Of a stretch of DNA of 64,000 nt, positions 35,451-49,300 are shown one piece after another. Within the stretch, counting starts at the first letter, position 1, and every line of letters starts with the position of its first letter. The notes beneath the pieces were generated by a model that made no database searches, was not told the origin of the DNA, and saw only the letters and a list, made by a program, of their open reading frames with translations. The DNA lies in contig CM059425.1 in the NCBI GenBank assembly GCA_030390025.1, positions 177,384,001 through 177,448,000 on the forward strand, in the 5' to 3' direction. Source of the stretch: Squalus acanthias. Taxonomy: Eukaryota. The position numbers were made by a program, and so were the translations under genes.

Positions 35451-36129
35451 TTTGTACTCTGCCCCAACTCAGTCCAACCTCAGAAGAGCTCTCCCTACTC
35501 TGCCAGAGTAAAATTTTCCATTTCCTTCACCAGCCATCTTCTGGCTTCTCCGAGTCAGATTGCTAAATTACAGGTAGTTTTGTGTATGCCTCCAGGAACT
35601 AAACTGAGATTGTGCAGACTTATTCATGTAGCTCCATTAGGGCTAGCAGAGAGGTACATTCATCTCATCAGTCTGGGCTGGATTCTAACCCAGGTCACAG
35701 AGGTTAAACCCACTGCACCACCCAACCCCCTGAATATATATCTTTCTTTTCCATTTAGTATTTTTTAAATGTGCACATATGTGAAAAAAGACAAACACTG
35801 ACTGCTGTTAAACTTCAAATTTCCAAATCTCTATCTGACATGCACTGGCATGTCTGGCAAGAACTGAGACACAGAGCTGACGTATGAGGGTGTAATCCTT
35901 CAATCTGACTCAATCTAGACTAACAGGAACTGGGTGGAAAGTGCAAGCACATGTATTTAACTCTGCCCTTGCCAGTGACTGGTTTGTCTTTTTTATTCAT
36001 TACTAAAGATTCTGGAACTTTGGTAGCTGAAGCATTAAATCATAATTCATGTGTTGTAAATCTCATGGTGAAAGTTATTGTACAAATACAAGGTCTGATC
36101 CTTCTGACAGTATTAATGCCAAAAGTTAA

Positions 36130-36530
36130 GGGCCTAGAAATTCATTAAGGCCCGAGAATGGGCGGGGCACAAAATTTGTGCTGCCTGCTCATTAACATGA
36201 TTTCAGCACTGATCTCAGCACTAAACACATTGCTGATTGGCTTAGCACTCAACAGGGGGACCAATACCATGTGCAGTCTACTGGCCAATAAAGTTCCACT
36301 CCTTAAAGGGGAGGTGCTTTGTTGCAGAAGTACGTCATTGTCAGATGAGAAGAAGAAATGGTGCAACAGCCTAGAGAAAGGGTGAGATGGTTCTCGAATG
36401 TTGCACTGGAGGCCCTGGTCCTGGGGGTAGAATGACGATGTGCTGTCCTTTACCTGCATGGGGTGAGAGGACATCAAAGGTCATCAGCAAAAGGATTTGG
36501 GAGATCACACAATCTGTCACAGTGAAGAGT
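36130..36530 (+). mobile_element. Harbinger terminal fragment with decayed Myb exon 1
   Basis: Starts GGGCCTAGAAATTC (same TIR as H1); MVQQPRERVRWFSNVALEALV from 36359. Confidence 0.7.
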
Positions 36531-37279
36531 GTTCACTCTAAGTTTTTTTTGTACTGAGCGGGCAACAAACTCCTTTGTGCGCGACCTTTTTGTCCGTGGG
36601 CAAATTTTACAACAAGTTTTACAACAACAACTTTTACGACAGCAACAGTTACAATGACAGCAACAGCACCACTTAAAAGCATAAATACAGTAATGCCATG
36701 TTGCTACCCCACTGTCTCACATCATGAGACAATCAGACAAACTCTTAAAAATCATTAAATCAGTTGCTTTTTTTTGGTTTATAAACCTCAGTAGTGGCTT
36801 TATTTAACCCCTAACAGGTCACACATCTTACAAAAACACATGTCTCGTGTTAGAATTTGCTCTGTGTCAGGTGTTGCATTAAAGTTAATCATAACATCTT
36901 GGGGTCATTGTCCAATTAGGATATGCTAATACTGGAGATTAGTTGGGACAATGGAGTAGGAAGAAGCAGATGAGTCGGCAACATTCCATGTGAGGTGTTA
37001 ATAGCAGATTGGCCAGAACAATGGAGGCAGCAAAGCTAACACATTAGCAACTATTAGCAAGGTCATATTAACTATCTGGGTTTGTCCATCTCCTGTTCCT
37101 TTGTAAATTCAGACAGGAAACATCAAGTTAAATTGGTTAGCAATTAAACCATCAAGATTGCCATTATGTCAAGGTCTGGAGGTTTAGTGAGAAGGAACCT
37201 TGCTTCAATATACACTCTAGGCAAAATGTGATATGACTCACATTAAAGTCCAACACCTACAGAAACCAAGCTTGATCAC

Positions 37280-37465
37280 CTTAGGTCTACCTTTCCCTTC
37301 GCCTTTAAGAACCTCCTGAAAACCCACCTCTTTGACCGAGCCTTTGATCACCCAATTCAAATATCCCCATCTTTGACTCTGTGTACATTTGCACCTGATC
37401 ACGCCTCTGTGAAGCACCTTGGGGTGTTTTTCCACTTTAATGGTGCTATATAAATGTAAGTTATT
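37280..37465 (+). mobile_element. L2 3' fragment
   Basis: CTCCTGAAAACCCACCTCTTTGACC..GTGAAGCACCTTGGG..GCTATATAAATGTAAGTT. Confidence 0.8.
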
Positions 37466-37866
37466 CTGCATAAACTGTAAGTCCGAACAGTTATACGGTA
37501 AAAACCTGCTGAATAAACCATATCTGTAGTTATAAAACAAGCGTACTGTGCAGAGCGAGCAAGGTTTGTTCTTTCGCACTGCGGAATGATCTGTGCGTTA
37601 CTGGCCTGCAATCCACCGACTGAAGCTTGAAGTTTGTTTTGCCTCATTTTCCCCGACGATAATATATTTAAAAATTCTGATAAACTCTTTCATGAGCTGT
37701 CGATCTTTGACTGGTTTGGGATTTATTTAACACCACTCAGATGTTAGCAGTAGTCACTGCTCAGTGCATTGGTGCAGTGCTGGACAAACTGTACTGAAAG
37801 ATTTGGAGGCTGCAGCTATCTAATAAATGTGCACAGCGCACCAGACAGAGAGAGGCAAGAGACTTT

Positions 37867-39444
37867 GGCCGGAATTTTCAGGAGTCCGTGCAGGCATGAT
37901 TAGAGGCAGGTCGGGTGGGAAATTTGAAATAAGTTGCAGCAGGTCGGGAACCCGCCATCATCCCGCCCCCACGTGCCTTTCCCTCGGGTGCGTTTGCCGG
38001 TGCGGCAGCGACCCAACCGGCAGAGGTGGGCAACCTGATTCAATTCATTAACAGGTAGTTGTCAGACACTTAAGACCGTTTTTCAGCCTACCTTTCAAAT
38101 TTCCCTGGCTGCCCACAGGATTCACACAGCTCGGGAACCATGTCTGTCAGCCTGAGGCGGGAGTTGAGTGGCCATTGCTCCAGCTGATTAGATGACAGCA
38201 TGAAATGTACTATAGAACCTCCCACCTCATAGCTGGTCACTTTCCTCAGGCAGAAGCTGTTGCTGACTGCATTCCCAGCACACAATTAGCTTTCTACAGG
38301 CTGCAAGTGTTTCCAGCAAAGTCGCCATCCAGTTTCACCTCATTGTTACAACCTATCACACCATTGACAGCTTGCTCCTCTGATCTCTACTTGACCTGCC
38401 ATCTATTCCATAAGCATGGGTGCCGCTTATACTGTGTCACCTTGGTCCTCAGAATTGGACCACAATGAGCCCCAATACCAGCAGCATCAGGCACACCATC
38501 AGCACCAACAACAACAGTTCTCTCCCTCTCCCTCTTATTGTGCGCTCTGTTCTCCTGCAAGGAGGGAAAGAGGAGAAGGTTGAGTGAGAGTGATGGAATG
38601 AGTGCAAGGAATGGATGGGTTACATCTTTAGAGGGAGACTATGATGGAGTGAGGTGGCAATGCCATGTGGCCTCCTTGTGTGTTGTTAGTTGGTATGATT
38701 GATTTAGGATGAGGGTGAGTGTGAGGGGTGGCTAGTAAGATGGGGATGTGATAATGTAGATAGAGAGAGAGGGTTGGGTGGATGTGCAAGGTATGTTGGT
38801 GTGAGTAATGATGTGCAGGAGTAGGGTTGGGAGGGCAAAGTGATGGGGATGTGATGAGAGGCACAGCAGGATGAAGTTGAGTGTGGCTTTGGACTCACCT
38901 TTCCTGATCTAATGAGATCATTGAAACATTTCCAGCTCTGTACCCAGGTCCTCCTGACCACATCCCTGCTGTTGACCTCCTCTGCAATTTGGAGCCAGGC
39001 TCTTTTTGTCTCCTGGGGAGGTCTCTTCCATCCATTGGAAGGGAAGAGGACCTCCCTGCGTGCTCTGACACCCTCCACAAGCATATGGAGGGAGTCATTG
39101 GAGACCCTGGGTGCAGCCCTCTGTCTCTGTGCAGCCATCTCTCCAACTGTTTGGAGTGATCAAAATCTCCAGTGTGCTGCCTGCACACTCCTAGATGAAC
39201 CTTCAAACGTAATGTGGCCATGGCTCCTTTAAATATCCCGGCTGAAAACGTGACATCGATGATGTCATCAGACCCACACCATTTAATAGGGCTGGGTAAC
39301 GTGTCAGGTAACGTGCCGGGTGGGCTGAATAGGCCCCATTAGCGCAAAGTCGATCGAAGCAGCGGGATGGAAGCAACAACGGGATTGCGACCCATCACGC
39401 CGACCACCCGCACCCGACCCGCCCAGGTATAGAAAATTCTGGCC
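37867..39444 (+). mobile_element. Harbinger internal-deletion element H5 (1.58 kb)
   Basis: TIRs GGCCGGAATTTTC and GAAAATTCTGGCC; TSD TTT; Myb exon 1 on minus strand (MAAQRQRAAPRVS..AWLQIAEEVN..RTWVQSWKCFNDL, then GTGAGT). Confidence 0.9.
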
Positions 39445-40009
39445 TTTCTGTATCAACTGGAGGCAAAACCTTAGGGTGACCTCGAGCTGATCCTCTAGCC
39501 AACTTCTTCCTGCTCTTTTGCTGATAGCTGCACTTGCTCCTCTCATTCATGTTGTGTGTGTGTTTACTTCACTGCTTCCTGCTCGAAACCTAACTCTACA
39601 CCTTCCCCCAGGGTGAATATTCCTTGGTTGTTGCTTGCTGCAGATACAGCGATTGATGGTGTATCATGCAAGATGAATGAGCCTACACCCTTAAGCCCTG
39701 CTAGCTGATGCTGCTCAGCCGTCCCTACGGAAACACAGTGGGAAATAGCATCTATTGCAATCTGTAAAACATCGCTTGTAACACATTTCACTAGTCAACA
39801 CATGCCGTGCTATGATGCTGTGGTGCTTCCCTCCCGCCTTGGTATTGTTCAGCTTTAATCAGACACTCATTCACAGCAACATTTCCAGTTCAGGATCCTC
39901 TTCTTGGGTTACACATCCACAGCTCACCTTTGCCTGCATTACAACGCATGAATTGAAATGTGAAACATTAAAAAAAAGTTTGCCTGAAGAGGTTCACCAA
40001 GACACTCAC

Positions 40010-40770
40010 TGTCTGGAGATCGGGAAAGTTCTGAAATATCGAGGGGTGATTTGTTTGTCAATAGTCCGCCTTTCGCAAAGCTTCAACACGTCGCCATCTT
40101 CCTCTTTGCTTCAGTTTCAAAAATGTTGAACATTTTTAAGGCTTTAAAACCCGAGCGCGTTTAAAAAAAAACCTTTGGACGTTAATGTTTGTTTGCTTAA
40201 AAATAAACATTTACATTAAATAAATATACAGACGTCAAATATGTGATCATTTTTTTTAAAGTTAACCTAAAAAATATATTCCAAATATAAGATAATAAAA
40301 ATATTCACTAATTCACTAATTCTTTCCTGCCCGCCGCGCACAATGAGGTCTCAGAGCGGTTCGGTGAAACGACACCTGTCGCCCTGGTTACTGCGGAGGT
40401 CTTTTCAATAATCGGCTCCCGCGGTGTCTTGTTCCAAAGTGTGGCCGCCACTCAGTCCCCAGGAACCGATTTCATGTGTCTCTGTAGAAAAAGTACTGAC
40501 AGAATTCTGAGACAACGCTTACCGGGTTCCAGGGCTCCGTATCTTAGCAAACACCATTACAATTCGGATCAACTCTGTGAGGTCACAAACGACTCTCCCT
40601 ATGAGGATTCCCAGGCTATTCTCTCATCTCTATGATTTTTTTCCGCTCGCGCTTTGACCGTTGGGTATTGGGCCCCTACCCCCGCTCCAGCTCTCCAGCT
40701 CACTGTGCGCTGCCTGTGCATTTGAGTGCGCAGGACCTTACAGATCGCTGCGTAGCCGCGCACCTTAGAG
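40010..40770. promoter_or_regulatory. Candidate CpG-richer promoter or first-exon region
   Basis: Many retained CpGs in sequence with no recognised repeat; YY1-type AAGATGGCG on minus (40100-40092) with a GTGAGT donor at 40009; TGCGCA near 40728. Confidence 0.35.
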
Positions 40771-42458
40771 GGAACATTGGTGTTGACCCAGGACATGGAT
40801 CCAGTGCCAAAAAAAGTTTAATGACCTCACTCAGCTGGTCAAGGTGAGTGAAGGCTTCAGCAAATACCATACCCCACCATCTTCACCACACACCCATCAC
40901 TCACCTACTAACTATCTTTACCTATCACCACTCATACCTCACAATCATAGCTTCACTTCAGTCTCACACACTTACCACTGCTGCAAGCCCCACACCCACA
41001 TCTCGCACCTTATACACACTGACAGCTATTCAACCTTGGCAGGCACATTACTCAAACACATTCCACTACATTCACTGACACACTTCCCATTCTCTTGCAG
41101 GCCAAGGTGACACATAACAGGAGGGAGCAACAACAGACGGGAGGCGGCCAAGTGAGGATTCAGACCCTGATGGACCTCGAGGAATCCGTGTTCCAATTTA
41201 TTGCAATGATAGTCACAGAGTTCGTGGCGAGCGGAGAAGTTGAAAGCATTGCTGATGATGACGGTATAGTCATACCTAATCTTGCTTCTCACATCCCACT
41301 TCCCCCTCATCCCACAATCTCTTCTCACTTACAAGCTGCTGATGGTGTATGAATGGATAGGTTGCTTCCAGCCCCTCTGCTCACCACAACCCGACCCTTG
41401 TGCCTTTCTGCTTTCAGATACCCAAGAACTGCCAGCAGGTCAGTCTGTCCCTCAACATCTTGAACAAACTGAAGGAGGAGAAGAAGAAGAAGAGATACCA
41501 GCACTGTATCTGACACTTGGAGACACCAGCTCAGAAAATGGCATTGCGCGGACTTTAGAGGGTAGTATAGAGGCAGATCTGCACAGGGTGAGTCACCCGG
41601 CACTGTCCTCCAACAGATTGCTAGGAATGCTGAGGCGCCACCCCAGGGGAGTGGCAATGGGTCTGTGGAGCAAGAAGCTGCTGTCCTCTCTCAGGATGAC
41701 AGCATTCTACTCCCACCACTGCCACTCCGTCATCGCCCTTTCTGCTGCATATCATCCAGCCAGCTCAGACTGCTGCCGCCCTTGCTGAGGTGGTGCAGCC
41801 TATAGCTGGGCCTTCTAGGTCCAGAACTAGTTGAGGTCGTCCTGCAACTCCATCTATAGTCTCCCCCACTGAAAGTCAGCAGCCTTCCACCAGCCATGCT
41901 GCAGCCACTGGGGGAGCACTGCGTAGGAGCACTAGAATAGGAAAAGGCACACGAATGACAGACACTCCGGGAATGCACAAGGGTGAATAGTTGATATTGT
42001 CATTTTGATTTGAATTTGATAAATTTATGAATTTTGTTTGGAATGTGTGTTTTGTGGTGGCTCTCATTTCAGCTTTGTGCCCAGGAGGACGCTGTGATGT
42101 TCTGTGACAAGGGATGGTAAGATGGGAAAGTGGTGAGCAACGGGGATCTGGGGTTTCATTCACTCAAAATGGAGTCTGATGAGGCGCTCACGGACAGCCC
42201 ATCCGGAATGGGGATGTGCTGCCTGCCTCCTCCCTTCCTCCACCTCCTCTTCCTCTTCCCCTTCCTCCTCCTCCTCCTCCTGAGGTGGTCCCGCAACCCC
42301 TGGTGGCAAGGGCTGTGCCATCATGATGGCCAAGTTGTGGAGGATGCAGCAGACCACCACGAAATGGGACACCCACTCCAGCGTGTGTTGGAGGGCTCCT
42401 CCAGAGCGGTCAAGGCAGCAGAACCGTTGCTTGAGCACCCCGCTGGTCTGCTCGATTG
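40770..42458 (+). mobile_element. Harbinger internal fragment H6 (Myb exons on plus, transposase C-terminus on minus)
   Basis: RTWIQCQKKFNDLTQLVK then GTGAGT; exon 2 AKVTHNRREQQQTGGG; minus strand LKQRFCCLDRSGGALQ..CCILHNLA..poly-E. Confidence 0.88.
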
Positions 42459-42530
42459 TTTTATTTGTTTTTCTGTCTTTCAGTTGATTTTGGGGATCTG
42501 TACATTATTTTTAAACCAGAATGTTACAGT

Positions 42531-42980
42531 GTCAGCTGTGGCTCAGTGGGTGGCACTCTCACCTCTGAGTCAGAAGGTTGTGGGTTCACAGTCCCACTCC
42601 AGAGACTTGAGCACATAAATCTAGGCTGACACTCCAGTGCAGTGCTGAGGCAGTGCTGCACTGTCGGAGGTGCCGCCTTTCAGATGAGATGTTAAACCGA
42701 GGCCCTGTCTGCTCTCTCATGTGGACGTAAAAGATCCCATGGCATTATTTTGAAGAAGAGCAGAGGCAGTTATCCCCGGTGTCCTGGTCAACATCACAAA
42801 AACAGATTATCTGGTCATTATCTCATTGCTGTTTGTGAAGCTTGCTGTGTGCAAATTGGCTGCCATGTTTCCTACATTACAACAGTGACTACACTTCAAG
42901 AAAATACTTCATTGGCTGTGAAGCGCTTTGGGACGTCCGGTGGTCATGAAAGGTGCTATATAAATGTAAGTCTTTCTTTC
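42531..42980 (+). mobile_element. Deu-domain tRNA SINE (SacSINE1-like), full length
   Basis: Box A TGGCTCAGTGGG, box B GGGTTCACAGTCC, Deu-like core CTTTCAGATGAGATGTTAAACCGAGG..AAAGATCCCATGGCA, L2-type tail. Confidence 0.88.
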
Positions 42981-44233
42981 TGTTCTCTCTGTGCAAAGTA
43001 CTGCTATAAAAATGTTTTAAAAATCTCTCCTGGCTGGCAGAAGAAGTTTTCTCCAGGTTCCACTGGACTGCCACCAGAAATCTGGTGGAAGTCTGATGGA
43101 ACCTACTGGAAAATGGCACGGACCTGGCTGTTCCCATCAATTCCAGGATTTCCAAGTCAGCCATGTAAGGGGTGGAATCTCTACCCATTCTTACAAGGCC
43201 ATTGATGTCAGGGAATGACTACAGGAGACAGGGACCCCCTATGCCGAATGTTCCCATTTCCCTGGCTCAGTATGACCTGGCATAATACTGGAGGCTGGTA
43301 TGTCAAGTGAGATGAGGCTTACCAGTCTCCAGATCGGCGCAAGTGAGCCAGTTGAGAAGAATGGCCTGAACCCCTGAAGAAAGGGTAAGGTTTTTTTTAA
43401 AAACAAAATTGATTGGGCCTCCTTACATAGGGGGCTGAGGAGAGGCACTATGTGGCCACGGGGGAAGGGGGGTGCTGGGCAAACCCACTGCCAATGGTAG
43501 GAAGGTGCTGGATTTTTCAGGTTTATAAGGCGCCCAGGCACCAGAGTTGTACGTGTGGTGCACAGGCACTCGCCGGCCCAATCTAAATTAGGTGCCCTCC
43601 TACTGACCCTGCAAACTCTTGTCGGTCACCACTGGAGGGCACAGGTGGGATGATGCCAGCGTAATGGCCACGATCATGGCCTGCAGGTTTTCAGTGCCAT
43701 TGCCTGCACTGACCAATTTCACAGCACTATTCAGTTGGTACACTGTTGTTTTATGGGTCAGTCATACGTCAGATGTTGTTCCGGAATTGCATTGGCGCTT
43801 TTCCCGCTACACAGCCGTGACTTCACTGGCAAATGCAATATAACTGCAGCCAAACCAGAGTGAGATTAGGTTTCAGTGTTAGATGTGAGACCACCTTGAG
43901 GGGATAGTCTTATGCTGTGTATGTATAAATACACTCCCATCTCCTGGCTACTACATCATATCCTTTAAGCTGAATTTGAGCTTTTAACTCATTTGGTTTT
44001 TTTTTGTTATGCTACATGCATTTGTGTACAGAACTCTTATTTGGGTAACTGTCCCAACCCTGCCCATATGCCTTGACGATGTATTTCTCACACTTTTTGA
44101 TCTGTCACTTTAGGTTGCTAATGCTCTGTACACTGTTGTACAGGCAATGTAACATGATCTTTATTTTTCATCACACCTGCTTTATTTTCAACAGGCATTT
44201 TATTATTACTTCCTATAATGTTTCTGTTCCCAG

Positions 44234-44443
44234 AAAAGAAAATCGGTCAGGATGTTAAATGGGTGGCCGATTCGCTATCGCCTGTTTCTGCACTACTGCC
44301 CAAGACCAATGTCTCCCCCATTGCTCCGTTGTAGGATCGATAACACACTCTCATCTCCTGTGAGGAGTTTTTACACTGCAGCACTCACTGACCACAATAA
44401 ATTGCTCTCCCCAGAGCCTTCTGTAACTCACCAGCTGCTACAG
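44234..44443 (+). other. Candidate host exon, 210 nt, open in phase 0
   Basis: Acceptor tttctgttcccag, donor CAG|gtatat; translation KRKSVRMLNGWPIRY..THQLLQ is not recognised. Confidence 0.3.
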
Positions 44444-44796
44444 GTATATTTCTTTTAAATTCCCTTTTTTTTGCTCAAGATGCTGCGTCACACTGGGCCA
44501 GCAGCCCTTCAGCCAGTCCCAACCTTTCCCAATTAGTGATTCTTCCCATGTAAACCTAGACATCAAGCGCTAGTTCATTGCAGAATCCTTCTCGGACATG
44601 TGATTTGCCTTTCACTGAGGCAAAAATGGACACTGAGCAGTGGTGGGAGATGATTTCGAGGAGGTGACTGAAGGCATGGATGAAGAAGTAGGTTTTGAGG
44701 AAGCTTTTAAAGGTGGGGAAAGGGGTATGTATAACTACAATAAACCCCCAGCCGATGAGGGTATCAACCTCCCCCCACAAAATTGTTTTCATTTAA

Positions 44797-45293
44797 ACAT
44801 AAGAACATAAGAAATAGGAGCAGGAATAGGCCACTTGGCCCCTCGAGCCTGCTCTGCCATTCAATAAGATCATGGCTGATCTTGGGCTCAAAGCCACTTC
44901 CCTGCCTGCTCCCCATAACCCTTCACTCCCTTATCTTGCAAAAATCTGTCTATCTCCACCTTAAATGTATTTAATGACCCAGCCTCCACGGCTCTCTGGG
45001 GCAGAGAATTCCACAGATTTAAGACCCTCTGAGAGAAGAAATTCCTCCTCATCTCCGTTCTAAAAGGGCAACCCTTTATTCTGAAACTATGCCCCCGAGT
45101 TCTAGATTTCCCCACGAGGGGAAACATCCTCTCTGCATCTACCTTGTCAAGCCCCCTCAGTATCTTATATGTTTCAATAAGATCACCTCTCATTCTTCTA
45201 AATTCCAATGAGTATAGGCCCAACCTGCTCAACCTTTCTTCATAAGTCAACCCCCTCATCTCAGGAATCAACCGAGTGAATCGTCTCTGAACT
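44797..45293 (-). mobile_element. CR1 3' fragment
   Basis: ORF 44888-45271 and the (TTCTTATG)n tail. Confidence 0.93.
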
Positions 45294-45696
45294 AGAGAGA
45301 GTCCAGATGACCTGATTGGAAAAAGACTCGCTCTTGAAGAAAATATTTGTTAAGACTAGTTTCCATTAAGCTATTGTAAACAGAATAGCTAGTCTAAGTA
45401 CAATGACACAGAGGGGAAAAGTGTAGCAATGCCACGGAGTGGTTTTAGTCAATAGATTGTCAGTGCAGTGATAAAACAAACACATAGTGCACCAGCACAT
45501 TGAAATCCAAGGAAATGAAGAAAAACAAGGAAAAGGCAGTGGTAACGTGGGGATTTTTGGAAATTATTTGACTCTTGCCATACTAAGCAAACTGGAATGC
45601 AGTAAGTACAGATGCAAAAAATTCAGAGATCCACAGTGCTAAAAATAATTTTTTTGTTCAGTGTCAAAATTGACAATTTGCACACACTCCCCTACC

Positions 45697-45860
45697 GAGA
45701 TCGATAGATTTTTGAATATTAAGGGAATCAAGGGATATGGGAATAGTGCAGGAAAGTGGAGATGAGGTAGAAGCTCAGCCATGATCTTATAGAATGGCAG
45801 AGCAGGCTCGAAGGGCCAAATGGCCTACTCCTGCTCCTATTTCTTATGTACTTATGTTCT
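45697..45860 (+). mobile_element. CR1 3' UTR fragment
   Basis: Closely matches 25232-25395. Confidence 0.9.
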
Positions 45861-46380
45861 GCCACTGCAGAAAGATCCAAGTGTATAGCAGTACATGTTT
45901 AAACAAGAGTTTTAAACTCCAGCTAATAAGTGGAGATTTTTGGACAGGCCCACAGTCAATGAAAACAAGAGCTGTTTTTGAGTTTGCAAAATAGTTTGCA
46001 AGGATTATTTTTCCCAGAACAAACTAGGTAATCAAGTAATGATAAATTAACCATTTTTGCTCTGTTATAATAGAACAGGTGTGTGCTCCTGAAAAGATGT
46101 CACCTCCAATCAAACTCTCTGTACAGTCTGGATGTAAGGAACAAGAATAACTATGACCCCAAGATTCCTGGGGCTGAAGTGGGCAGGAAGCCTGATTTCA
46201 TCTGGGGAGAAGGTAGGATTCTGTCCTGTTTGCATTGGTCCTTTAAATTCTAATGAGTGGGGCCATGGGTGAACTTTCCACCTGCATACCCTCACAATAA
46301 GGCACATGTCTCACGCTCTACCCGGAAAAGCTGCTAGGTGCCATGAGGACTGCTGAGTCCCCAGAAGATGATGAGAGGAA

Positions 46381-49300
46381 GGTCTTTTGCTCGGATCCGC
46401 TGTCGGTCCGCAGATTGCTGCGCATCTGCGACCAGTTTGAACTGGCTTCGGGAGCCAAGGTAAATCGCAGCAAAAGCGAGGCCATGTTCTTTGGAAACTG
46501 GGCCGACCGATCCTTTGTCCCCTTCACCGTCAGGTCAGCTTACCTGAAGGTGCTGGGAATATGGTTCGGTGCGGCTAGGGCGTGCACCAAAAACTGGGAG
46601 GAGCGTACTGCCAAGGTGAAGCAGAAACTGGGAATGTGGGAGCAGTGCTCCCTATCGATTGCGGGCAAGAACCTGATCATCAGGTGCGAGGTGCTGTCGG
46701 TGTTGCTGTACGTGGCGCAGGTCTGGCCCATACCCCACCCCTGTGCCGCCGCAGTCACCTGAACTGTCTTCCACTTTATCTGGAGATCAAAAATGGACCG
46801 TGTCTGGAGGGACACGATGTACAAATCTCCAGAGAAAGGGGGAAAGAACGTACCCAACGTCGCCCTCATCCTGATGTCCACCTTTGTGTGCGGCTGCATC
46901 AAGCTGTGCACAGACCCTCGGTACGCAAACACCAAGTGTCACTACGTGCTGAGGTTCTATCTGTCCCCGGTGTTGCGAAGGATGGGCCTGGCCATGCTGC
47001 CGCAGAATGCTCCATTCAGTTGGACCATGCCGGACCACCTGTCCTTCGTGGAAAAGTTTGTACAGGGAAACACCTTTGACCACAAGGCCATAAAGCAGTG
47101 GTCAGCACGTAACGTCCTCGAGGCCCTACAGAAAAAGGATATGGTGGATCCTGTCGGATGGTTCCCCGAGCACACTGTCGAAGTCATTTGGCAGAATGCC
47201 TCATCACCAGAACTTTCAAACAAGCACCAAGATGTAGCTTGGCTGGTGGTGAGAAGGGCCCTCCCCGTCAGATCCTTTATGCACACCCGGCATCTCTGCT
47301 CCACCACACGCTGTCCTCGAGGCGGCTGCGGTGGGGACGAGACCGTCATCCATCTCCTTCTGGAATGTACCTTTGTAAAGAAAGTCTGGAAAGAGATGCA
47401 GTGGTCTTTGTCGTGGTCCATCCTGAGCAGCTCCGTAACACAGGACTCTGTGCTCTATGGACTGTTCCCAGGGACGCACACGAGACAAAGGAGGACACAA
47501 ATAACCTCCCAGAGATGTCAGGGAACATAGGGTCTAATGAGAGGGAGGAACTGAATGAAATCAGTATTTGTAGGGAAATGGTGTTAGGAAAATTGACAGG
47601 ATTGAAAGCCGATAAATCCCCTGGGCCTGATAATCTACATCCTAGGGTACTTAAGGAAGTGGCCCTAGAAATAGTAGATGCATTGCTGGTCATCTTCCAA
47701 AATTCTATAGACTCTGGAACAGTTCCCATGGATTGGAGGGTAGCTAATGTAACACCACTATTTAAAAAAGGTGGTAGAGAGAAAACGGGGAATTAATAGA
47801 CTGGTAAGCCTGACATCGGTAGTGGGGAAAATGCTAGAGCCCATTATAAAAGATGTAATAGCAGAGCACTTGGAAAACAGTGACAGGATCGGACAAATTC
47901 AACATGGATTTACAAAAGGTAAATCATGCTTGACTAATCTACTGGAATTTTTTTGAGGATGTAACTGATAGAATAGATAAGGAAGAACCAGTGGATGTGG
48001 TGTATTTGGACTTTCAGAAGGCTTCCGATAAGGTCCCGCATAAGAGATTAGCGTGCAAAGTTAAAGCACATGGGATTGGGGGTAAGGTACTGACTTGGAT
48101 AGAGAACTGGTTGGCAGACAGGAAGCAAAGAGTTGGAATAAACGGGTCTTTTTCCGAGTGGCAGGCAGTGACTAGTGGGGTACCGCAGGGATCGGTGCTA
48201 GGACCCCAGTTATTAACAATATTTATTAATGATCTAGCCGAGGGAACTAGATGTAATATCTCCAAGTTTGCAGATGACACAAAGCTGGGTGGGCGTGTGT
48301 GCTGTGAGGAGGATGCCAAGAAACTCCAGTATGATTTGGACAGGTTGGGTGATTGGGCAGATGCATGGCAGATGCAGTATAATGTGGATAAATGCGAGGT
48401 TTACACTTTGGTGGCAAAAACAGGAAGGCAGATTATTATCTGAACGGCAATAGATTGGGAAAAGGGGAAGTGCAACGAGACCTAGGTGTCCTTGTGCACC
48501 AGTCGCTGAAGGTAAGCATGCAGGTGCAGCAGGCGGTTAAGAAGGCAAATGGTATGTTGGCCTTCATAGCGAGAGGATTCGAGTACAGGAGCAAGGATGT
48601 CTTGCTGCAGTTGTACAAGGCCTTGGTGAGACCACACCTTGAGTATTGTGTGCAGTTTTGGTCATCTTATCTGAGGAAGGATGTTCTTGCCATGGAGGGA
48701 GTGCAGCGAAGATTCACCAGACTGATACCTGGGATGGCAGGAATGATGTATGAAGAGAGATTGGGTCGATTAGGCTTATATTCGCTAGAGTTTAGAAGAA
48801 TGAGAGGGGATCTCATTGAAACTTATAAAATTCTAACAGGACTAGACAGACTAGATGCAGGAAGGCTGTTCCCGATGACGGGGGAGTCCAGAACCAGGGG
48901 GCACAGTTTAAGGATAAGGGGTAAGCCATTTAGGACTGAGATGAGGAGGAATTTCTTCACCCAGAGAGTGGTGAACCTGTGGAATTCTCTACCACAGAAG
49001 GCAGTTGAGGGCCAATTCATTAAATATATTCAAGAAGGAGTTAGATATATTTCTTAAGGCCAAGGGGATCAAGGGATATGAGGAGAAAGCAGGGACAGGG
49101 TACTGAATATGGATGATCAGCCATGATCGCATTGAATGGCGGAGCAGGCTCGAGGGGCCGAATGGCCTACTCCTGCTCCTATCTTCTATGTTTCTAACTG
49201 CTGTTGGAAGACCATCAACTTGGTGAAAGACGCCCTTTGGTCTGCCCGAAACTTGCTGGTCTTCCAGAGTAAGGAGTTGTCCACGACCGAGGGTTGCAGA

